A DNA stretch of 59,852 bases from a virus (lineage: Duplodnaviria > Caudoviricetes), in the IMG/VR virus record IMGVR_UViG_3300008107_000220, positions 1 to 59,852 of that record. One strand, 5' to 3'. Below the pieces are notes generated by a model, which did not search any database, was not told the DNA's origin, and saw only the letters and a list, made by a program, of their open reading frames with translations. The translations under genes and the position numbers were made by a program. Shown piece by piece: positions 17,235-27,316 of this stretch. How positions within the stretch are numbered: position 1 is the first letter of the stretch; each line of letters starts with the position of its first letter.

Positions 17235-17912
17235 TTAGACACCACGAACTTGCCCACCAACACCATTGATACGATTAATAATGGCATCAATCTGTTCTCT
17301 TGGAACTGGTCCAAGTTCTCCCCTCTGAATAGATCTGAGAAGTAATTGGTCTTCTGCTTTATCTTTTGCTGTATAATCTCTTGCTATCTCTGTTGATGTG
17401 GACAACTTACTAGCATCAAATGTCATAGAGTCTTTTGCTTGTTCAAACTCCTGCTTTGTTGGTTGTGCTGGTGTTACTGGTTTATTTCCACCTCTCATTT
17501 GACCACTATAAGGAGCAAAAGAATTGAATCTTGTGATGTTCTCAAATTCAGTTGACTTTCTTTCTTTGACTATTTGTAATGATACATTGTTTTCGTAGGT
17601 TCCTCTACCTAATACCGAAGTAATTACAGGTACTTGGTTAAATGGATCTAAGAAATATCCACGCACCCATTCACCACCCGTAAGTCCAGTTGATCCTCTA
17701 CTAGCATTTCCTTGAGATGTTGGTCTCTCTACAATCGCCCAAGGTAGTTGTTCATCTGGTGTGATTGCTCCTGCTTTATTATGCATTCCAACAATTCTGA
17801 CTTTAACTCTATCACCCCAACCATCAGGATCAGTCTTATCTAGAGTTTGGTTTGGAGGAACTTGTCCAATAAACCACTGATAGTTAATTCCAGCAAATCC
17901 TATATTTTCCAT
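17235..17912 (-). CDS. gp5: gp5 N-terminal OB-fold baseplate hub subunit (stand-alone)
   Basis: WFIGQV...RVKVRIVGMH...LPWA...GEWVRGYFLD. Confidence 0.8.
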   Translation of the reverse strand: MENIGFAGINYQWFIGQVPPNQTLDKTDPDGWGDRVKVRIVGMHNKAGAITPDEQLPWAIVERPTSQGNASRGSTGLTGGEWVRGYFLDPFNQVPVITSVLGRGTYENNVSLQIVKERKSTEFENITRFNSFAPYSGQMRGGNKPVTPAQPTKQEFEQAKDSMTFDASKLSTSTEIARDYTAKDKAEDQLLLRSIQRGELGPVPREQIDAIINRINGVGGQVRGV

Positions 17913-19192
17913 TACTTTGTATACTTCCCGTAAGTGTCTCTCACTAAAGTTAACGATGTAATTGATTTACCACCGGCACTTAAATCAAAACTATGACACA
18001 AATGTAATATTAAGTATTTACCACTTAGATGTTCGTCAAAAGGAGAAATATTTTTATCTCCAAGAGTGACATATTGAAAATCACAATTAATAACATCTCC
18101 TGCTACAAGATTTGGATTACAAGGAACATTGATTTGAACAACTTGATTGAATAGTAAATTATATCTCGTTGTTGCCTCTGCTTGCCATCTTTTTGGATCA
18201 TTATTTGTTCGGATAGAAATACCATCATCCAAAGATCCAATGTCTAAGATATGATAATGAGTTCTTGTAAAATCATCAAAGTCTTCAGCAATTTCTGCTT
18301 GTTTTCCAAGATACTTATTTAATTTTTTTTCTCTCAATCTAATAATTACTTCGTCATACTTAAAAGTTCTTGGATCAAAAAAGATATTTCTAGAAGAATA
18401 AACACCTGACTTTAAGGCACTCAAAATACTTTGGTTTTTTGTCTGAGTCATTGATAAAATTTTAAAGTCAGATTGTGGATCATCATCTCTTAAAACCGAA
18501 GTTTGTCTATAAGTATATTGAGGAGTTTTGGATATCAAGCTAGAAATTGATCTAAAGTTAAATCCATTCTGAGTTTCATAAAAAAAGTATCCAGGATCCT
18601 TTTCATTTAATGAAACTGATTTTGCTGCTAAGTTAAATAAAATAAAAAATGGATTTTTACTATTTCCATTGAAGTTATAAGTATTTTCTGTTGGATCTAT
18701 ATTGATTCTACTTTGAGGAACTTTAAGTTGTTCTCTTAAGATTTTAAGCACAGATTCAGAAATAAGATGTGTATACTTTTTGTATACCGCTGTTTTTTCA
18801 TTCACAAATGAATATGGTGATATTAATGATATTGCATAGGATTCTCTATTAGATTCTTTGGCAAATCCTGGTGCACCATCAACACGTAGAGGAAATTTTT
18901 GGAAGTCTAATTTTCCAAGTTTAGTGGTAAATTTAAACTCCATAATTTCATTACCAGTTATAGGTAAAGAACTCAATAAAGTTCCGGAAATTTGTTGTTT
19001 ATTCTGACTGGATGATACTGAATTTCCAGCAGGAATACCAGTATCAACAACAAGTAAGTTTGCGGTAACGACTGGAGAAAATAAACTCTCATAATATTGA
19101 AAAGCAATCGTTCTAGGTGGAGAAATATCTACACTATTTCCATTTTTTACGATTGTTAATGCGTCTACCTGAGATCTTTTTAATGCTGACAT
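17912..19192 (-). CDS. baseplate hub protein (gp27/gpD-like)
   Basis: YYESLF, YFFYETQNGFNFRSI, LSGKYLI...LVRD; directly upstream of gp5. Confidence 0.7.
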   Translation of the reverse strand: MSALKRSQVDALTIVKNGNSVDISPPRTIAFQYYESLFSPVVTANLLVVDTGIPAGNSVSSSQNKQQISGTLLSSLPITGNEIMEFKFTTKLGKLDFQKFPLRVDGAPGFAKESNRESYAISLISPYSFVNEKTAVYKKYTHLISESVLKILREQLKVPQSRINIDPTENTYNFNGNSKNPFFILFNLAAKSVSLNEKDPGYFFYETQNGFNFRSISSLISKTPQYTYRQTSVLRDDDPQSDFKILSMTQTKNQSILSALKSGVYSSRNIFFDPRTFKYDEVIIRLREKKLNKYLGKQAEIAEDFDDFTRTHYHILDIGSLDDGISIRTNNDPKRWQAEATTRYNLLFNQVVQINVPCNPNLVAGDVINCDFQYVTLGDKNISPFDEHLSGKYLILHLCHSFDLSAGGKSITSLTLVRDTYGKYTK

Positions 19193-19195
19193 ATA

Positions 19196-20866
19196 TTACA
19201 CGTTCCAAATATCTGGGAGAGGAGCAAGATTAGGAGATGATGATGGAAATGGATCTTTTCTACTACTATTTACCACAACAGTTCTTGTTTTACCTTGTTG
19301 AATAATTTGTTGGGTTGTATTGACCATCACAATCTGAATATCCTCTTCTTCTTCCAAAAGGAAGGATGTCTCTGGTGAAATTGTTGGGCCCTGTTGTCCA
19401 GGTTGAACTTGATAAGGTGATACTGGTGCTTGTTGAATTTGCTGTTGTTTTTTCTGTTGTTGTAAAAGTTGTTGTAGATTAGCAGGACCAGAATTTAAAT
19501 GGTTTAAAGTATATTGTGATCCATCTGGTGCTTGGATATAAACTTGATTACCATAACCACTACCAGAATCTGGCATAAATTTCAAGAATTTTAATCCACC
19601 TGTTAGAGTAATTCTCTGATCGGGATTTCCAGCATAATCTTCACCCTTATGAATTCTACCCCATCTAGGACCAATTCCAGAAGTAAATCTCAATCTACTT
19701 GTCATTGGAATACCTTCTACTAATATATTCTTTTTTACATTACCAGGTATGCCAAGATTATAATCACCAACTCTTTCAATATGAAGGTGTGATCCATCTG
19801 GTCCTATAGGATCAGTGTAACCAGTATACCCAACTGTGCCAATCACTTCACTTGTATCAATAGAAACTGTTCCTGTCTGACCTGTTGTTGGAATTGGTTG
19901 TTGTGATTGTGGGGAGGTCATCGGAGTTGTTTTAAATGGTTTAGTCAGTTGTAAATCTCTTAATTGTGTTAAGAAAGTTTCAAAAGATTTATTCACCCCA
20001 TTAAAAGTATCACTAGATGACTCAAGTAGTAGGTAATTTTCTTTATTTTCTTTTGATAGATTAAAGAATTCTCCAAAAGCATTATATGATTGTCTTGCTT
20101 GTCTAAGTTTTGGAGATCCACCAGGTCTTGCGTATGGTGAAGAAGTAACTTTTGTATCAGTAGTTCCTCTTGAAACATTCACTCTGTCTGTCGGACTACC
20201 TCTACCAGTTCCTTTTTGTGATGGAATATTTGAAATCGTTCCACCTTTTGCCTTTCCTTGTGGGTTTTCCTGTGATTGGGGATTGGATTGACCTGGCTGA
20301 TTTGAACTGGGTGTACTACTAGATTTGGAATTTAAGTCTTTATTAAACTTTGTATATTGTTCATTCAGTGGATCAATAATTTTATTCATATCTAAAATCA
20401 ATTGTTCTAATTGATTTTTTCCTTCAATTAATTTGTTTTTTGTTGCTTCTGGTAAACTTTGAATAATACTAATAAATCCGTTGACACCATTTACTGTCGC
20501 AGTAATAACACCAACAATTGAATTAGCAACATCAATTAATGTTTTTCCAACTTCGGTAACTTTGTTAACAATCGCAGGTAGATTGTTAATTGCTATACCA
20601 ATTAAAATAATTCCAAAAAATTCTTTGACTTTATCAAAGAAACTCATTGGACCGGCAACAATTCTAGATTTTATATTTTCAATCAGTCCTTTTCCAGGTG
20701 CTTCTAATTTTTTTTCTTTGTCTGATAATTGTGACTTTTTCTCTCTATCAACCAATAACTTATTTTCATCAAGTCTTAGTTTTCTTAACTGCTTATTGTA
20801 ACCAATTAAAGAACTTTTGATATTGGTAGAATTTAATTTTAGTTGATATAACTGTTGTGTTTCCAT
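19196..20866 (-). CDS. tail-associated coiled-coil protein with M23-like peptidase domain in permuted motif order
   Basis: HLHIE, HKGED and YGN...NHL motifs at about 19490-19855. Confidence 0.7.
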   Translation of the reverse strand: METQQLYQLKLNSTNIKSSLIGYNKQLRKLRLDENKLLVDREKKSQLSDKEKKLEAPGKGLIENIKSRIVAGPMSFFDKVKEFFGIILIGIAINNLPAIVNKVTEVGKTLIDVANSIVGVITATVNGVNGFISIIQSLPEATKNKLIEGKNQLEQLILDMNKIIDPLNEQYTKFNKDLNSKSSSTPSSNQPGQSNPQSQENPQGKAKGGTISNIPSQKGTGRGSPTDRVNVSRGTTDTKVTSSPYARPGGSPKLRQARQSYNAFGEFFNLSKENKENYLLLESSSDTFNGVNKSFETFLTQLRDLQLTKPFKTTPMTSPQSQQPIPTTGQTGTVSIDTSEVIGTVGYTGYTDPIGPDGSHLHIERVGDYNLGIPGNVKKNILVEGIPMTSRLRFTSGIGPRWGRIHKGEDYAGNPDQRITLTGGLKFLKFMPDSGSGYGNQVYIQAPDGSQYTLNHLNSGPANLQQLLQQQKKQQQIQQAPVSPYQVQPGQQGPTISPETSFLLEEEEDIQIVMVNTTQQIIQQGKTRTVVVNSSRKDPFPSSSPNLAPLPDIWNV

Positions 20867-20869
20867 ACG

Positions 20870-22465
20870 TTATACAAAAATCCCATATATTTTTGAAGTT
20901 ATTCTCATATAAGGATTCATCGTATTAACAGATCCAATCGTTGGTTCTTCTGTTGCCGTTCCACCAGAAGGTTGAACTAACTCATCTCCACCACCTTGAA
21001 CTATTGGTGGAGCGGTCATAGGAATTATAATTGGTGCCTTTGGAGTTCTCTTTGGTTTTCTAATACTCTGTGCTTTAATTTCTTTTACTACAGGACGCAG
21101 TATGTCAGTTGGTTTTTTTGGACTACCTTGATCAAGCGAAGATACTTGTATTTGTTTTGTTCTATTTGTTGTAGAAAAACCTCCACCAGTAGCATCATCA
21201 ACTTTTTTAAACTTAACATCATTGATAAATTGATCTAGTTGATCTTTAAATTTGGTCAATTGTTGTTGAAGGTCAATAATAACAATCTTTAAAGTCTTAT
21301 TACCATCAAGCATCTCACGGACACCTTGACTAAAAGATGCCCAAAGTCTTCCAGAGTTATCATTAATATCTTTCAATAGTGGTCTGAATAAGTTTGCTGC
21401 TGACGAACGAATAACTTCTTCACCAGGAGCCAACATTGCTCTCACACTATCAACCAATCCAGAACCTTTACCACCAACGGATCCACCACTAGAAAATCTT
21501 TGAATGATATTTGGATACTGTTTAATTACACTCGCTCTAAAGTTATATGAAGGTAAATTAGGTATTGTACCACCAGAAGAATACATTGCACCTGGAATTG
21601 GCAATGTCAATGGATCTTGTGGTCCTCCAGGTTTAGTTAATTGTTCTTTGGCAAAATATGCTCCAAGTTTTTCATAAAAGGGAGAATCTTTTTTATTTAA
21701 AGTTTCCTCAGCCGATTTTAAATCTTTTCTTACATAAGGTTTGATTCTTTCTATTTCTCTATTTCTTGCTGCAAAACCAATAATAGTTGTTAATGCTCCT
21801 AACAGAACAGGATTTAATAAAACTGCTGAAACTACTTGTATAGCTGCTATTAATTTGGCAACCACAGAAATCAGTTGAAGTCCAACCAAGACCCCAACTA
21901 TTTCTTTCCAATATTTTCCTACAAAACTAAGAGTTTCTGACAATTTCTTTTGATTATTCTTATCAGATAACCAAGTAAATGCCGTGTTAATGGCAATACC
22001 AGATACAATAATTCCAAAGAAGTCAATTAACTTTTGGAATATATTTTTGGCAGGAGCAGTGACCTTATCAAAGAAATTACCAACTCCTTGATTAAATTTG
22101 TTTATTGATTCAATTGATGCTTCTTTTTTACTTACTCTTTCTTTCTCAGTTTGTTTTTTGATACCACGAATTGCTTGCTTTCTTTCTGCAATTCTTGTAG
22201 CAAAATCTATTGCTAGTTGATTCTGAATTTCTACAAGAATTCTATTCGTCTCTTGTAATGCGTCTAGTTGATTTGTCTCAAGTTTAAGTGAACCTTGAGT
22301 TCCTTGTAGTTTTGGTCTTTGTAAAAATCTAAAACTTGATCTTCTAAGTCTTGGAGTAGCAGCACTTGAAACAGCTTCAGCACCACGAATTACCGAAGAT
22401 GAAATGTTCCTACTACTAATCTTCGGTATTGATGGTGCCTTATAGATGGGACTTTCAAATGCCAC
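20870..22465 (-). CDS. tape-measure-like tail protein
   Basis: Coiled coils, hydrophobic helices and GGSVGG...DSVRAMLAPGEEVI motif. Confidence 0.6.
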   Translation of the reverse strand: MAFESPIYKAPSIPKISSRNISSSVIRGAEAVSSAATPRLRRSSFRFLQRPKLQGTQGSLKLETNQLDALQETNRILVEIQNQLAIDFATRIAERKQAIRGIKKQTEKERVSKKEASIESINKFNQGVGNFFDKVTAPAKNIFQKLIDFFGIIVSGIAINTAFTWLSDKNNQKKLSETLSFVGKYWKEIVGVLVGLQLISVVAKLIAAIQVVSAVLLNPVLLGALTTIIGFAARNREIERIKPYVRKDLKSAEETLNKKDSPFYEKLGAYFAKEQLTKPGGPQDPLTLPIPGAMYSSGGTIPNLPSYNFRASVIKQYPNIIQRFSSGGSVGGKGSGLVDSVRAMLAPGEEVIRSSAANLFRPLLKDINDNSGRLWASFSQGVREMLDGNKTLKIVIIDLQQQLTKFKDQLDQFINDVKFKKVDDATGGGFSTTNRTKQIQVSSLDQGSPKKPTDILRPVVKEIKAQSIRKPKRTPKAPIIIPMTAPPIVQGGGDELVQPSGGTATEEPTIGSVNTMNPYMRITSKIYGIFV

Positions 22466-22640
22466 TAGATTGCTTTGCCTTTAGGTTTTCTTCTTCAATA
22501 TAAGTTTGAAGTAATGAGACATAAACTTCACGCTCCCAAGGCATCATATTTTCAAGCTCAGTTAATGAATATTTATGGTGTTGCATCAACTGAAAATTGA
22601 CATTATAGTATGACTCAAGACTAGTATGAGCCATACTCAA
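22455..22640 (-). CDS. gp51: baseplate hub assembly catalyst
   Basis: NFQLMQHHKYSLTELENMMPWEREVY; follows gp26. Confidence 0.85.
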   Translation of the reverse strand: MSMAHTSLESYYNVNFQLMQHHKYSLTELENMMPWEREVYVSLLQTYIEEENLKAKQSSGI

Positions 22641-23359
22641 GTGAAAAAACTCGCCAGACCCTCCAGGACTACATCACTTTCAACCTTAGTCTTTGGATTC
22701 TTAACTTTGATTGTGTGAGAAAGTTTAGGCATCGTCGTAAAGAAAGTCTCAATTTCTTTGAACTGTTTAGTATTCATCTGTTCAATAAATTCTTGAAGTT
22801 CTTTCTTTGTACAGTCAGAGGCACTCCACGACTCTTCTTGATCATAAACCGCATCAATACAAGACGTAATCATTGCTAACGACTTATCAACATCACCACC
22901 TACTTCATTGATTTCAAAGTTATTCTCAACAAATTGTTCCAATGATGGATACTTAAGTTTCATTGAGAGAGAATCATCCAATTTAATAATGTTGCTGTGA
23001 TTTGAATCCTTTTGAACCTTAATATCATCAATATTGATTTCCATCTGAACTTGAGTCTCACCATCATCAGGACAAGTTACATTGACTTCAACAGTTTCAC
23101 CAACCGATTTGGCACGAACGTTAAGGAACAAATACTCAATATCAAACGTAGATAGTTCAGAAATTTTTACATTTTTGGTCAGAAGACAATCTGACAAAAT
23201 CTGAACAATAGCACCTGAAATTTGCTTCATATCTTCTGATTCTAGTGCCATAATCAGAATTTTTTCTTCTCTAACTAGAAATGGTCTGTATCTAACTTTT
23301 TTTCCAGTAGAGGGCAAGTCCAACTCATATGTTGGTGTAGAGATCTTTGGTAAAGGCAT
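22637..23359 (-). CDS. gp26: baseplate hub subunit
   Basis: MPLPKI.TPTY...YRPFLVREEKIL...FDIEYLFL..RAKSVGE. Confidence 0.9.
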   Translation of the reverse strand: MPLPKISTPTYELDLPSTGKKVRYRPFLVREEKILIMALESEDMKQISGAIVQILSDCLLTKNVKISELSTFDIEYLFLNVRAKSVGETVEVNVTCPDDGETQVQMEINIDDIKVQKDSNHSNIIKLDDSLSMKLKYPSLEQFVENNFEINEVGGDVDKSLAMITSCIDAVYDQEESWSASDCTKKELQEFIEQMNTKQFKEIETFFTTMPKLSHTIKVKNPKTKVESDVVLEGLASFFT

Positions 23360-23392
23360 AATAACCTATAGAAATTCAGTTGTGATTATTTA

Positions 23393-24211
23393 TCATGGAT
23401 TTGTTAGTCCTCTTAATTCCCTTTCTTCAGCAGGAGTGATATTACCTTTTGCTTGTTTTACTCTCAATACTCCTACTCTTCCGGAGTTTGAACTTGGTCT
23501 TCCGCTAGTTGTATTTGTTACGGATGTTTCTGTAGATGATTGTTGTGATGACCCAGAACTTGAACTACCTGTTTGATTTTCTCTAATAATTGTATATCTA
23601 TCATAATTAAATGTCACTGTGATTTTTAAAATGTCAGCTGGACCATATGAAATAGGTACAGAAGCAACTGATTTTGGAAAAGCATTAACTAAATTATAAG
23701 TTCTTGATTTATATTCTTTACCAACAAGTCCATAATCTCTTTCCATTTTAGCGATCTGAACAGAAGTTTTATAATCGTCAGGAAATCTAAATCTTCTATA
23801 AAATCCCTTATCTTGTGAATTTTGTCCTACTTTCCCGCCAGAACCACCAGATATAAAATCCATCCAACCTTGAAATAATTCCAATACTCTATATTTTCTA
23901 TCAACGTAAAACGTCGCATCAATATCAGTATACAGTCTAGTGTGAGCAAATTCTTGAGTAACTCCTAAGAAATTATCTTTAACTTCGGATGTAGCAAAAG
24001 TTGATCCTGGTAAAGATATATCGGAGCAAAGAACACCATATGCTCTCGTATCTAAACTAACACCAGATTCTATATAACCCTCTCTACCTAAAAATTGTAT
24101 AAGATCTGATGGTAGACCAAATTCAACTACATATTCATTACTCAAGGAAAGATCACTGTATAATTTACGTTGATCTTGAGTTAGTATGGTGTATACAGGC
24201 GTACCAGCCAT
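23393..24211 (-). CDS. tail-tube-fold protein (gp19/gp54-like)
   Basis: LCSDISLPG...FYVD...W...YNLVNAFP.SV...VTFNY. Confidence 0.7.
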   Translation of the reverse strand: MAGTPVYTILTQDQRKLYSDLSLSNEYVVEFGLPSDLIQFLGREGYIESGVSLDTRAYGVLCSDISLPGSTFATSEVKDNFLGVTQEFAHTRLYTDIDATFYVDRKYRVLELFQGWMDFISGGSGGKVGQNSQDKGFYRRFRFPDDYKTSVQIAKMERDYGLVGKEYKSRTYNLVNAFPKSVASVPISYGPADILKITVTFNYDRYTIIRENQTGSSSSGSSQQSSTETSVTNTTSGRPSSNSGRVGVLRVKQAKGNITPAEERELRGLTNP

Positions 24212-24254
24212 CTAAATATCTCTTATGGAGTCTTAATTATAAAGTATTTAGATG
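24209..24254. promoter_or_regulatory. overlapping late-type promoters (CTAAATA on each strand) for the divergent genes
   Basis: 10-bp inverted repeat CATCTAAATA...TATTTAGATG including both start codons. Confidence 0.55.
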
Positions 24255-24686
24255 TCATATAAGGGAAAATACCAACCATCGTTTCCACAAAAATACAAAG
24301 GAGATCCAACGAATATCATCTATAGATCTCTTTGGGAACGTAAATTTATGGTTTATTGTGATATAAATGAAAAGATTTTGGAATGGGGATCAGAGGAAAT
24401 GTTTGTATGGTATCGGTCTCCAGTAGATAGCAAACCTCACCGATATTTTCCAGACTTTTATATCAAAGTTCAGGAATCAACAGGACAAATTAAAAAGTAT
24501 TTGATTGAGATTAAACCAAAAAGACAAACTGCTCCTCCACAAAAACCAAAAAGACAGACTAAACAATATCTTTATGAAGCGTATGAGTATGCCAAAAATC
24601 AGGCAAAGTGGAAAGCAGCAGAAGAATGGTGTGCTGATCGTGGTTATGAATTCAAAGTTCTTACCGAAAACGAATTAGGTATTTGA
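24252..24686 (+). CDS. gp4: head completion protein (TnsA-like nuclease fold)
   Basis: KYKGDPTNIIYRSLWE...HRYFPDF...EIKP...NQAKW. Confidence 0.92.
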   Translation: MSYKGKYQPSFPQKYKGDPTNIIYRSLWERKFMVYCDINEKILEWGSEEMFVWYRSPVDSKPHRYFPDFYIKVQESTGQIKKYLIEIKPKRQTAPPQKPKRQTKQYLYEAYEYAKNQAKWKAAEEWCADRGYEFKVLTENELGI

Positions 24687-24687
24687 G

Positions 24688-25089
24688 ATGCCTAGAAAGA
24701 CACTCAAGCAAAGACAAGAAAGTAATCCAACCGATGATAATGACAATCGGGTTCGTTCGGTTATTGATGGTGTGATTGGTAATGAAGATCCCGATGATTT
24801 GATGCTTGAGATTTTAAATGTTTTACAAGAAAGTGGACGAGTTCCAAGAGCAGGTAAATATTATACTTTTGTCTACCGACCAAAGACACCATATATAACT
24901 TACGATCAAAATCCTCTAGTTGCGGTCACTGAAGTTTTCCGATGGGGATTTAAGGGTATTAATTTTCACTGGGGAGAGTTAAGACAATATACTTATGATG
25001 AAGTTGCTGGGCAATTGTATGAGGTTTATGCTGACGAACTTGCCGACTTAAGAGAGATTCCTTTTGCCAACATCCGTCTAAATAGTTAA
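24688..25089 (+). CDS. gp2: DNA end-protector-like protein (short form)
   Basis: GKYYTFVY.PKT...YDQNPLV...GINFH. Confidence 0.6.
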   Translation: MPRKTLKQRQESNPTDDNDNRVRSVIDGVIGNEDPDDLMLEILNVLQESGRVPRAGKYYTFVYRPKTPYITYDQNPLVAVTEVFRWGFKGINFHWGELRQYTYDEVAGQLYEVYADELADLREIPFANIRLNS

Positions 25090-25100
25090 AAAATAGCCAA

Positions 25101-26090
25101 ATGGCAGAAGTATTAAGATATCCATACGAAGCACTAACGGATAGTACAGATTATCTACAGATAAATCTGATAGAAAAAAATGTAACTAATTTTGGATCAG
25201 AAAATACTTTAGAAAAGTTGTCTTTGATCAATCGTGGGAAATTTGCTCCAAGAGCAGAAAATAAAAATGTAAATATAAACAAAAAAGAAGCAAATCGTGG
25301 ATTATCTCGACAGACATTAACATCTGGTGGGGTCATTCTATTACCAATGCCATCAAGTATTAATGATACTAACCAAGTTAGCTACTCTGATGATAGTCTT
25401 GATGCCATTACTGCCACTATTGCTAAAGGAGTTGGTGGATCTATAAAGACACCACTATTTGACGCAAAAGGACAATTAAATACTACAGAAATTTTATCAA
25501 ATATAAATAAATTCTTAATTCAACCTACTGTAGAGAACCAAGGACTGATAAAAAATCTAATATTGACGAATCTAGCATCTCAAGCAGCAAGTCTTGCTGG
25601 TATAGGAAACTTAAGCCTCAACCAAGCAATAGCAAGATCTTCTGGTCAAATTATTAATCCAAATATGGAGCTTTTGTTTAATAATCCAACCATTCGTAAT
25701 TTTAGATTTTCATTTAAAATGACTCCTAGAAATACCGCAGAAGCAAATCAAATAAAATTAATTATAAGAAGTCTTAAAAAACACATGTCGCCCAGAGACT
25801 CTGCTAGTTTTGCCGATGCTAATCAACCAAATAGTAATATTTTTCTAGCTGCTCCAAATATTTTTGAGTTAAGATATAAAACTGGTAATGCCAATCACAA
25901 GTATTTGAATAGATTTAAGCGTTGTGTTCTTGAAAATATGTCTGTTAACTACACAGGTGAAAATGTTTATGCAACTTATCCAGATGGTCAACCAGTATCA
26001 ACAGTAATGGATTTGTCATTTAAAGAACTTGAACCAATTTACGCATCAGATTATGGAACTGATGAAGGACAAATAGGAACAGGATACTAA
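25101..26090 (+). CDS. gp48: baseplate tail-tube cap
   Basis: ILLPMP...INPNMELLF...RNFRFSFKMTPRN..EA...LSFKELEPI. Confidence 0.85.
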   Translation: MAEVLRYPYEALTDSTDYLQINLIEKNVTNFGSENTLEKLSLINRGKFAPRAENKNVNINKKEANRGLSRQTLTSGGVILLPMPSSINDTNQVSYSDDSLDAITATIAKGVGGSIKTPLFDAKGQLNTTEILSNINKFLIQPTVENQGLIKNLILTNLASQAASLAGIGNLSLNQAIARSSGQIINPNMELLFNNPTIRNFRFSFKMTPRNTAEANQIKLIIRSLKKHMSPRDSASFADANQPNSNIFLAAPNIFELRYKTGNANHKYLNRFKRCVLENMSVNYTGENVYATYPDGQPVSTVMDLSFKELEPIYASDYGTDEGQIGTGY

Positions 26091-26740
26091 TGGGATACTT
26101 CAGAGAACTACCAGATCTAGCATATCAATCGTTCTTGCCAGGAAAGAACTCATCGCAGGATTATGTGATTGCGAAGAACCTTTTCCGTAGAGTCAAATTT
26201 CGTGATGACTTATATAATGTATTCACCATCTTTGACAAGTATCAAATCAAAGATGGTGCTCGTCCAGATACCGTTGCCGACGAGATCTATGGAAGTCCAG
26301 AACTAGATTGGGTTGTTTTGACCACTGCTAACATCATCAATGTCAGAGATCAGTGGCCTCTATCAGACTATCAACTTTATAATTATGCCGAGAACAAATA
26401 TGGCAATGATCTTACGAAGATCAGATTCTATGAGACTACAGAAGTTAAAGATTCTTCCAACCGCCTGATTCTTCCTGCTGGTAAAGTTGTAACCCAAAAC
26501 TTTACAATACCAGATCCAGATGATGGAACAAAAACTCTGAGTCCTGTGACTGGTATTACAAACTATGAGTATGAAACCAGAAAGAATGATGAAAAAAGGT
26601 CCATCTATCTTCTCAAACCAGCGTATCTACAACAGTTTCTGAATGATATGAGAAGAGAGATGTTATATTCAGAGTCTTCAGAATACATTACAGACACTCT
26701 GATTCAGACTCAAAATACTAACATTACACTACCACAATAA
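26090..26740 (+). CDS. gp53: baseplate wedge subunit
   Basis: YFRELPD...RPDTVADEIYG..ELDWVVL..ANI...QWP. Confidence 0.88.
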   Translation: MGYFRELPDLAYQSFLPGKNSSQDYVIAKNLFRRVKFRDDLYNVFTIFDKYQIKDGARPDTVADEIYGSPELDWVVLTTANIINVRDQWPLSDYQLYNYAENKYGNDLTKIRFYETTEVKDSSNRLILPAGKVVTQNFTIPDPDDGTKTLSPVTGITNYEYETRKNDEKRSIYLLKPAYLQQFLNDMRREMLYSESSEYITDTLIQTQNTNITLPQ

Positions 26741-27316
26741 CTCTAAGTTCTTATCAAAAACCATCACATATCGGTGCTTGCGGGAGCGGTCTTTCCATTC
26801 TCCTTCAGCACCTTTAATTTTGCCTCTAGAGTGTTTAGTTCCGTCTGCATAGTAGAAATCTTTCTTTGAGTCTGTGAGTCCGCAATATTTAAAGTTACAA
26901 GCCCGATAGATTGTACCACTATGGAAATCACTATCAGCGTAAGAGATGATTGCTTTAACTTCAGTATCCTTCCGTAACTGTCTAATCGCTCTTGAAACAA
27001 ACCAAGAAGTGATATTATGCTCACTAGATTGGGTGTCTGGATGGATGCAGAGACGGGAAAGTTCAAATAGTCCTTGTTGATCATTTCGTTCAAGTCCAAA
27101 TGCTCCTTGTGCGACTTCTGGAACAGGGAGTCCAGTGAAAACACAGACTCCCTGAATACCACCAATATTCAAAGGGCAGAAGTCATTACCCTTATACAAA
27201 CCGTAGTTGTAACCACTCTTAAAGGATTTAGAAAAGTCCTTAAGATAATGAAACCGCAGAAGTAACTCTGCGGCTTCGGATTTACTTACACGGTCAATGT
27301 AGTAATCAGTCTTCAC
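26729..27316 (-). CDS. Mom-like GNAT-fold DNA modification protein
   Basis: HYL...ELSRL...SWFVSRAI...ISYAD...GTIYRACNF...KHRY; GTGA overlap with gp32. Confidence 0.75.
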   Translation of the reverse strand: MKTDYYIDRVSKSEAAELLLRFHYLKDFSKSFKSGYNYGLYKGNDFCPLNIGGIQGVCVFTGLPVPEVAQGAFGLERNDQQGLFELSRLCIHPDTQSSEHNITSWFVSRAIRQLRKDTEVKAIISYADSDFHSGTIYRACNFKYCGLTDSKKDFYYADGTKHSRGKIKGAEGEWKDRSRKHRYVMVFDKNLELLW

